Below are positions 57,643 to 64,000 of a DNA stretch of 64,000 nucleotides, in pieces. The DNA comes from Candidatus Dojkabacteria bacterium (GTDB lineage: Bacteria > Patescibacteriota > Dojkabacteria > SC72 > JAHDCA01): assembly GCA_030583845.1 (NCBI GenBank), contig CP129478.1, positions 715,686 to 779,685 of the forward strand. The letters run 5' to 3'. Position numbers and translations under genes: made by a program. Numbering within the stretch: position 1 is the stretch's first letter; the number at the start of each line of letters is the position of its first letter. Under the pieces are notes generated by a model, which was given only the letters and a program-made list of their open reading frames with translations, did no database searches and was not told where the DNA came from.

Positions 57643-58050
57643 ATGAATATAAAAATTGAAAGAGGAACATTGGTGGTATTGGGTATTTTCGTCGCGGTGC
57701 CTATGTTGTTCATACTGCTTCTGGCATTTGCCAAAGGACCAGCTGATAGCGGGTCAAATCCTACAGGAGATGCGCAGGCAGATTCCGAGGTGTCAATTTC
57801 GGTAAGCGGTGGTGATATTAGCCCTTCGAAGATCCAGATCCCTGCCGGCGAAAATGTACTATTGAAGGTAAAGAATGATGGGGCATCAGGATGTACAAGC
57901 TCGCTTATCAGCCGTAGCCTGTTCAAGGGACCACTCAGTTTGGGACAAGAGGGTGACGAGGTAGAGCAGATAATTAGGGCGGAGGAACCAGGGAATTACA
58001 CTATCACTTGTTGGATGGGAATGGTAGGTATGGATGTAGAAGCAATTTAA
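57643..58050 (+). CDS. Cupredoxin-like domain protein (membrane-anchored), probable metal-binding accessory protein
   Basis: N-terminal transmembrane helix. The beta-sandwich SPSKIQIPAGENVLLKVKNDGASGCTSS...ITCWMGM matches PF13473-type proteins found beside P1B ATPases. Confidence 0.55.
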   Translation: MNIKIERGTLVVLGIFVAVPMLFILLLAFAKGPADSGSNPTGDAQADSEVSISVSGGDISPSKIQIPAGENVLLKVKNDGASGCTSSLISRSLFKGPLSLGQEGDEVEQIIRAEEPGNYTITCWMGMVGMDVEAI

Positions 58051-58069
58051 GCTAACGGTCGTAAAGAAA

Positions 58070-58279
58070 ATGGCCACCTATCTTATCGAAGGCATGCACT
58101 GTGAGTCATGTGCAAAGCTAATAGGCATGGAGCTTGAAGATAGAGAGCTACTTGGCTGTACTGTTGACCTTGGGAATAGCACAATTACAGTTCCCGAATC
58201 ACTCGCAAATCTGATGGACGATATCGCCGAGGCAATTAGCGCTGCAGGTGAGTACTCACTGGGCGACAAAATTAACTAA
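58070..58279 (+). CDS. copZ: Copper chaperone CopZ-like HMA protein
   Basis: 69 aa. [18 protein letters not shown] (GMHCxSC). Confidence 0.75.
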   Translation: MATYLIEGMHCESCAKLIGMELEDRELLGCTVDLGNSTITVPESLANLMDDIAEAISAAGEYSLGDKIN

Positions 58280-58296
58280 AATTACATTTTGATCAG

Positions 58297-60717
58297 ATGC
58301 TAATCAAAGAATCATACCCAATTGTCGGGATGCACTGTGCCTCTTGCAAGAGTCTAATTGAAAGACTTGTCTCAAAAGTTGAAGGTGTGAAGGAGGTAGC
58401 TGTAAATTATGCTGCTGAAAAGATGACAGTGAGTTATGACAATGATGTAGCAAGCTTAGATGATATTAAAAAGGCAGTTGCGAGCGGCGGGAGCTATCAG
58501 TTAATTCAAAATGTGAGCGGCGAAGTTATTCTTGCTTCTCCCCCTGAAGTCGAGAAAGCTCATATGTCAGGGCACCATCATCGGCATGAGCACAGCCAAC
58601 ATACGACCAAGATGTCAGCAGGTGAGCACGCAGCCCATCTCGAGGAGTTAAAACTTAGCGAGTATAACCATCTGAAGAGGACAGTAGCATGGGTCGGAAT
58701 CGCTTCGATACCATTCTTCCTGTACATGGTAGCAATGTTTTTGGTGAGCTTTTCGATAATTGAGTTTCCTATGGATATGCTTGGGATGGTAGAGACTGGG
58801 ATGACTGAGATTTCCATTTTGTGGTTAATCCAATTTGCACTTGCCACCCCGATCGTGTTTATAGGTGGTAAGCAGTTTTTCCAGAGCGCATGGAGCGCGT
58901 TAAAAGTCCGCAGTGCAAATATGGATACCTTAATTGCTTTGGGCACTCTTACTGCGTGGGTTTACTCAACGATCGTACTATTTGCGCCGCAACTTTTTGA
59001 AGGAGTCACGGGTGAGCTAGAGCTGTTCTATGAAGCGGCGGTGTTTATTACATTTTTCATACTGCTAGGTAGATTGCTTGAAATGCGCGCACGAAATCGC
59101 ACGCGCGAAGCGGTTAAGAACCTCATTAAATTGCAGGCAAAGGAAGCTATCGTGCTTCGCAATGGTGAAGAGGTCACAGTGCCGATTGAGCAGGTGGCTT
59201 TGGGAGATACAGTAATAGTAAAGCCGGGAGGCAAGGTCCCTGTAGACGGCAGGATAACTAATGGCGCAACTACGATCGACGAGTCAATGGTTACTGGTGA
59301 ATCGCTACCAGTCGAGAGGGCTGTAGGAGATGTCGTAATTGGCGCGACAATAAATAAAACAGGGAGCATCCAATTTGAAGCCACCAAAGTAGGTGGCGAT
59401 ACAGTGCTTGCTCAGATCATTAGGCTTGTAGAAGATGCACAAGCTACACAAGCACCGGTTCAGAAGCTTGCGGACAAAATCTCTTCAATATTCGTCCCAA
59501 TTGTCATTGTGATTGCACTCGCTGCATTTCTATTCTGGATCTTTGTCGCTCCGCAGCTAGGCATTATCGGTGTTGGTGCAGATGCTACACAGCTTGCGGT
59601 TTATGTTCTCATCTCTGTGTTAATAATAGCCTGCCCTTGTGCACTTGGCTTGGCAACTCCAACTGCAGTGATGGTTGGTACAGGGAAGGCTGCTACTAGC
59701 GGCATACTGGTGAAGGATGCTCAAGCTCTTGAGACTGCATGTAATATCAGTACGATAGTTTTCGACAAGACCGGAACGATTACGAAAGGAGAGCCAGAAG
59801 TTGTATCGCACTATCTAGCCGACAGTGTAGATAAAGAGAATATCTACAAGGTCTTCTACTCAGTCGAGAGCAAATCAGAGCATCCGCTTGCAGAGGCAGT
59901 TGTTGAATTTATAAAAGATGACCGTGCTTCAGTCAGCAAGGTTGATGTTGAGCAATTTAAGATTGTGGAGGGTCGCGGGGTCGAAGCGATGGTAAATGGA
60001 AAATCTGTGCTGATAGGGAATCCAAAGATGATGTCGGAAAATTCGGTATCCACTGAAGGGGTTCAGGAGAGGCTTGGACAGATGCTAGAAGAGGGCAATA
60101 CTGTCATCGTAGCAGCTATAGATGCGGAGGCGGTGGCTATCTTTGCTATTGCAGATAAAGTTAAGGATAGCTCGGCTAGTGCTGTTGAAAGGCTGCACAG
60201 CATGGGGATTAAGACGGTGATGCTAACTGGAGACAATGAGAAAACAGCAAAGAAAATCGCAGACGAAGTGGGTATCGACGAAGTTATAGCAGAAGTCCTA
60301 CCGGAGGAGAAGCTGGATATCATAATTAAACTGCAGAGCGATCTGAATAGGCGAAAAGGCGAGGTGCTAGCAATGGTTGGAGATGGGATAAATGATGCTC
60401 CTGCACTGGCACAGGCCGATATCGGCATCGCGATGGGTACTGGCACAGATGTGGCAATTGAATCAGGTGACATCGTGCTTGTACACGGTACGTTGGACAA
60501 AGTAGTCGACTCAATCAAGATATCAAAGGCTACTATGAAGGCGATAAAGCAAAATCTCTTTTGGGCATTTGGATACAATGTCGTGGCGATCCCAGTAGCT
60601 GCAGGACTACTGTTTCCAATACTTCTTTCGCCAATTATCGCAAGTGCTGCGATGGCCTTGAGCTCAGTATCCGTGGTGGCTAATAGCTTGCGGTTGAGAT
60701 ATATCCGCACATCATAA
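58297..60717 (+). CDS. copA: P1B-type copper-translocating ATPase
   Basis: N-terminal [15 protein letters not shown]. His-rich [14 protein letters not shown]. The TM6 CPC is [19 protein letters not shown] phosphorylation site. [10 protein letters not shown] hinge. 806 aa. Confidence 0.95.
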   Translation: MLIKESYPIVGMHCASCKSLIERLVSKVEGVKEVAVNYAAEKMTVSYDNDVASLDDIKKAVASGGSYQLIQNVSGEVILASPPEVEKAHMSGHHHRHEHSQHTTKMSAGEHAAHLEELKLSEYNHLKRTVAWVGIASIPFFLYMVAMFLVSFSIIEFPMDMLGMVETGMTEISILWLIQFALATPIVFIGGKQFFQSAWSALKVRSANMDTLIALGTLTAWVYSTIVLFAPQLFEGVTGELELFYEAAVFITFFILLGRLLEMRARNRTREAVKNLIKLQAKEAIVLRNGEEVTVPIEQVALGDTVIVKPGGKVPVDGRITNGATTIDESMVTGESLPVERAVGDVVIGATINKTGSIQFEATKVGGDTVLAQIIRLVEDAQATQAPVQKLADKISSIFVPIVIVIALAAFLFWIFVAPQLGIIGVGADATQLAVYVLISVLIIACPCALGLATPTAVMVGTGKAATSGILVKDAQALETACNISTIVFDKTGTITKGEPEVVSHYLADSVDKENIYKVFYSVESKSEHPLAEAVVEFIKDDRASVSKVDVEQFKIVEGRGVEAMVNGKSVLIGNPKMMSENSVSTEGVQERLGQMLEEGNTVIVAAIDAEAVAIFAIADKVKDSSASAVERLHSMGIKTVMLTGDNEKTAKKIADEVGIDEVIAEVLPEEKLDIIIKLQSDLNRRKGEVLAMVGDGINDAPALAQADIGIAMGTGTDVAIESGDIVLVHGTLDKVVDSIKISKATMKAIKQNLFWAFGYNVVAIPVAAGLLFPILLSPIIASAAMALSSVSVVANSLRLRYIRTS

Positions 60718-60734
60718 ATTAAACTATAAAAATT

Positions 60735-61097
60735 ATGGCTAGAGTGATTCTAGGAGAACTAGAGCAGAAAATAATGCATGTAATGTGGGAATCGAAGGGG
60801 TCGTTGAAACCATCCGAGGTTCTTGAAAGAATAGGTGAGGGGTATGCATATACGACAATCATGACCTCCTTGGTACGACTCTCGGGTAAGGGACTACTAA
60901 AGCGTGAGAAGGTTGGGAAAGCGTATAAGTACAGCTGCGCTAAGAGCAAAGAAAGTTTCTTGAAAAAGAACCTTTCAAAAGTATTTTCGACGCTGTTCGA
61001 TGATTACGGGGATCTAGTAATTTCGCAGTTTGTAGATACTCTGGCAGACGACCCGGAAAGCATCCGTAAACTAAAGAAAGCAATAGATGAAAAGTAG
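60735..61097 (+). CDS. copY: BlaI/MecI/CopY-family winged-helix transcriptional repressor
   Basis: 120 aa. EQKIMHVMWESKGSLKPSEVLERIGEGYAYTTIMTSLVRLSGKGLL fits the Penicillinase_R family. Confidence 0.8.
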   Translation: MARVILGELEQKIMHVMWESKGSLKPSEVLERIGEGYAYTTIMTSLVRLSGKGLLKREKVGKAYKYSCAKSKESFLKKNLSKVFSTLFDDYGDLVISQFVDTLADDPESIRKLKKAIDEK

Positions 61098-62067
61098 CTA
61101 CAAAGAGCTAGTAAAAATCGAAAGACACTCATTTATCGGATTGGTGGTGATAATAGTGGCATATGCTACGCTGCTGCTGGCGTTATTTCAGGCTGTGAAG
61201 GTGCATTATTCGATCGAGCTGTACAATTCGCTGTACCTTCTGGGCATACAATGCATGGATTTTGCTCGCAATCTTCTGCTTGCAAGACTCGGAAGCTCAT
61301 CAATACATGTAATCGTCCTTGCAGCCGCACTTATATTCCTCTTCAGAGGGATTACGATTGCAATAATTAACCAAGTACGCACATACAGCTTTGTGAAGTC
61401 GCTCGAGACGGCAGGATTTAATGGCAGATATTTCAGGATTAGATCGGATGATCCATTGGCTTTCACCTATGGACTTTTCAATCCAAAAATCTATATCTCC
61501 GACTGGTATCTCGAGAAATTAACAAAGGATGAGATCGAGGCTGTCATACTGCATGAGGAATCGCATATTAACAGTAAAGACAACCTGAAAAAGAGCCTGT
61601 TAAGATTGTTCCAATTTTCACTCCCGGGGTTATCAACCAGGATAATTCGAGAGCTGAACTGGGAGAAGATTTCTGAAGCGAAGGCAGATGCACATGTGGT
61701 TGAGAGGCTCGGCTCAAATCAGCCGCTTCTTTCGGCGATGCTGAAAGTCTCAAATAGCACATTTAAGTTCAACAGTAAATTCTCGCTTAACTATTTTTTT
61801 GAGGACTCAAATGTCGGGAGGGTCGATTTTCTTACTGATATAATCTCTCTCAAGGTAAACTACAGGAAATTGCTTCTGTTTGCCTTCCTACCACTGCTGA
61901 TGGTCTGGTTTATATATGCTGAACGCTCTCTAGTATTCTCAGCATCAGATAATAGTGAAGGTCATGTGGTTAATATGGTGCCTGGTACCTGTACAGATAC
62001 TGTACTACCGGGATATAAGTCAGATGACAAGCCGTTTTCCCCAATTATTAATCAGTCCTTTAGATAA
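61087..62067 (+). CDS. M56-family (BlaR1-like) membrane zinc peptidase lacking a C-terminal sensor domain
   Basis: HExxH VILHEESHINSKD after N-terminal transmembrane helices. 326 aa. It overlaps the copY-like stop by 11 nt. Confidence 0.75.
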   Translation: MKSSYKELVKIERHSFIGLVVIIVAYATLLLALFQAVKVHYSIELYNSLYLLGIQCMDFARNLLLARLGSSSIHVIVLAAALIFLFRGITIAIINQVRTYSFVKSLETAGFNGRYFRIRSDDPLAFTYGLFNPKIYISDWYLEKLTKDEIEAVILHEESHINSKDNLKKSLLRLFQFSLPGLSTRIIRELNWEKISEAKADAHVVERLGSNQPLLSAMLKVSNSTFKFNSKFSLNYFFEDSNVGRVDFLTDIISLKVNYRKLLLFAFLPLLMVWFIYAERSLVFSASDNSEGHVVNMVPGTCTDTVLPGYKSDDKPFSPIINQSFR

Positions 62068-62111
62068 AAAAAGGTATACTGTCTCCAGAATTTATTTACT
62101 GCTTTTTTAAT

Positions 62112-62465
62112 ATGTCGAAAGGGATGCTTGCCGGATTTTCTATGTTTGCCGTGATTGTCGGTGCGCTGGGCGTGTACCTGATTGTCTCTGCACCGCAGAA
62201 TGATGATGTGCTTGGTTCTGAGGAAAGGGGCATTAGCATGGCAGAGGTGGCGCTGCACAATAGTAAGGAAGATTGTTGGACAGTAATTGATGGCAAGGTG
62301 TATGAGCTAAATAGCTTCATACTCTCACACCCGGGTGGGGATAAGATTTTGGAAGCGTGCGGTGTTGATGCGACCGAGAAATTCAACACTCAAGGTGGTG
62401 AGGGTTTTCACTCTGCTGCAGCCAAGGCAATACTCGCCGGTTTGCAGATAGGTACGCTGGAATAA
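62112..62465 (+). CDS. Membrane-anchored cytochrome b5-like heme-binding domain protein
   Basis: N-terminal transmembrane helix. HNSKEDCWTVIDGKVYELNSFILSHPGG matches the cyt-b5 HPGG motif. Confidence 0.7.
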   Translation: MSKGMLAGFSMFAVIVGALGVYLIVSAPQNDDVLGSEERGISMAEVALHNSKEDCWTVIDGKVYELNSFILSHPGGDKILEACGVDATEKFNTQGGEGFHSAAAKAILAGLQIGTLE

Positions 62466-62534
62466 TAGCGATGCAAAGTTTGTAATTTCAAGCTGTACGG
62501 GTTACTATGGATGCAATTGAATCTTGATTTTTTG

Positions 62535-64000
62535 CGCCTAAATCATGCCCAGAAAGCTGTCTCGTACGAGCAGAAATAGGAAAAATATTAGAATTGCTGC
62601 TACATTTATCTTCACTGCAGCTTTTTTTGCACTTGCATTTTGGCTGTTTAATAAGCTCTCGACTCAGTCGGAAGCGGTTGTTCTTGATACAGTTGTATAT
62701 GAGACTGACACAGATTTTTTGACCGGAACGACAAGCTCAACTGAAGTTATTGATACAGGTGCGAATTCTTATATTGAGCTTACGAATAGTGGCGGACCAG
62801 ATGGTACAGGGTACCATCGTGAGATTACTGTTGATAACAGCGGTAATGCGACATCGCTAAGTGAGTACCAGGTTGTGATAGACGATCTTGATACTGCCTC
62901 GCTGATATCGACAGGGAAATTGCAGGATGATTGTGACGATTTGAGGTTTACTGACTCATCAGATGTAGAGGTGTCTTATTGGATAGGTCCAGGAACATGT
63001 AATACTGCTAATACGATCGTCTATGTTAAGACTCCGTCAATTCCTGGATCTGGGAGTACCACATTAAATATGTACTACGGAAATCCAGAAGCAGCAGAAG
63101 GAAAAGACGAGGCAGCGACCTTCACATATTCAACCGAGAAGACAGTAGGATATCTACTGGATACAACTCTGACAGGGCTTGCTAATACACAGCTTATGTC
63201 GCTTGTCGATGATAATAGCATTACACATAATGGTACTACCTATACTGATGTGGACAAAGGTGAAAGAGTCTTAAATATCCTAAATGTGAATGCTTTTCAG
63301 CCATTTACATCCAAGGGGTTGTTTCAGGTGACTCGTGGGGGCAGTTTTTCTGAGTCCGTTGTACCAATCTCGTGGGCGGGTACAGAATTCCATCTAGTCC
63401 AACCCGCTGGTGGGGCAGGATCCATAGGCATATTCGCGATAGCTCCTTGGGGTAACGCAACCGTTGATATATATTTCAATGGAGTGTTGACATGTTCAGG
63501 TATTTCTGTGACTTCATCAGGGACTTCATATGATTGCGTGACTAGTGGTCTTGGTAGATATCGAGTAGTGAGTAGTGCGCCAATATTACTATTGAGCAAG
63601 GTGTCTTATTCCGGTGGTTATAGAACAGCATTGGTTACTCCACCAATTCAGAGCGGCACTTATGTAGGTACTGGTGGTACATCGAACATAATTAATGCAG
63701 GCCTGTCAGGTGTTGACCATACGATATATTTCTCGAACTCAGCATCACCAACAATGCAAACTGTCGCAGCAAACTCTCAATATATACTTACTACTTCCGT
63801 AGCAAGCCCAATTGGGAATCCACCTGCCTACAAGGTGACTTCAAGCAATCCAACTACTGCAGCGATACCTTCCGGCGGTGGCGGCAGCTCTAACGACGGT
63901 GTCTATCTGGGTAAAATTGAAAATATGGGAACGACCTTTGGACATGCTGCAACGCAAACAATCGCTATAGCTATAGCCTCAATATATCCAGCCACATGTA
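62535..64000 (+). CDS. DUF2341-domain surface protein, 3'-partial (continues beyond the window)
   Basis: The frame is open from ATG 62535 to the window end, which is presumably why it is absent from the ORF track. N-terminal transmembrane helix. DLRFTDSSDVEVSYWIGPGTCNTANTIVYVKTPSIPGSGSTTLNMYYGNPEA matches the DUF2341 core (DxRFxD...YYGN). Confidence 0.55.

Noticed and set aside
62488-62533. Intrinsic terminator after the cytochrome b5 gene (TCAAG...CTTGA stem followed by TTTTTT)
   Set aside because: The stem is only 5 bp with a roughly 25-nt poorly paired loop. It is too weak to call with confidence.
1-64000. Alternative genetic code (code 25 TGA=Gly or code 4 TGA=Trp) suggested by TGA scarcity and possible CPR affiliation
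   Set aside because: Long conserved genes (secA, pflB, copA, the S8 protease) are uninterrupted and encode Trp with TGG. The four broken genes are frameshifts with TAA stops or out-of-frame TGA stops, not in-frame TGAs. Only one in-frame TGA exists, at 49678.
1-64000. CRISPR arrays, transposases/IS elements, integrases, prophage genes, rRNA operons
   Set aside because: I scanned intergenic regions and ORF translations. I found no short regularly spaced repeats, no DDE/HUH/tyrosine-recombinase-like proteins and no rRNA-like stretches. The only repeats are the two 45-nt motif copies and the 57-nt methyltransferase relic.

Overview
This is a dense, compact bacterial chromosome segment of roughly 40-43% GC. 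Most genes sit within about 3 nt of their neighbours or overlap them, and the content (SecA, RecO, many glycosyltransferases, pyruvate formate-lyase fermentation, no respiratory genes) is compatible with a small-genome, possibly CPR/Patescibacteria-like, organism. Only the standard genetic code is supported.

Content in order:
- 1-20.5 kb: a large cell-envelope glycosylation region. It holds GT4 and GT2 glycosyltransferases, two GtrA/GtrB/GT-C-type membrane glycosylation modules, several SAM-dependent methyltransferases including a TylF-like sugar O-methyltransferase, and a secreted S8 protease with a BNR/Asp-box beta-propeller.
- 20.5-24.4 kb: a frameshifted DUF456 membrane protein and a giant secreted M23 peptidase with a co-transcribed anchored partner.
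- 24.5-34.1 kb: secA; a KAP-family P-loop NTPase with N-terminal transmembrane helices, divergent from a hyper-acidic small protein; two GT4 genes translationally coupled to recO; a beta-lactamase-family serine hydrolase.
- 34.3-42.6 kb: tRNA-Lys(CUU) followed by a hairpin; a DKNYY-repeat lipoprotein gene flanked by two copies of a ~45-nt conserved motif; an Ldh_2 dehydrogenase, a VOC protein, a methyltransferase, a DHA2 MFS transporter, a Nudix gene frameshifted at a G7 run, and a Zn-metalloprotease lipoprotein.
- 42.7-49.9 kb: an HTH-CYTH fusion divergent from an HD hydrolase; a DEAD-box helicase; an ABC exporter; a wHTH-Nudix gene coupled to an HhH-GPD glycosylase-like gene; a Thr/Ala/Pro-rich membrane protein interrupted by an in-frame TGA.
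- 50.1-53.7 kb: a pflB-pflA-flavodoxin operon.
- 53.8-64 kb: a P-loop kinase-like protein, a HIT protein, and a copper-homeostasis locus (ZIP, HMA-DsbD_2, cupredoxin, CopZ, CopA, CopY/BlaI-like repressor, M56 BlaR1-like peptidase, two cop boxes), then cytochrome b5 and a 3'-partial DUF2341 surface protein.

I found no CRISPR arrays, transposases, integrases or rRNA genes. Four genes carry single-nucleotide frameshifts and one carries an in-frame stop. TGA is nearly absent as a stop codon, while TAG is unusually common.
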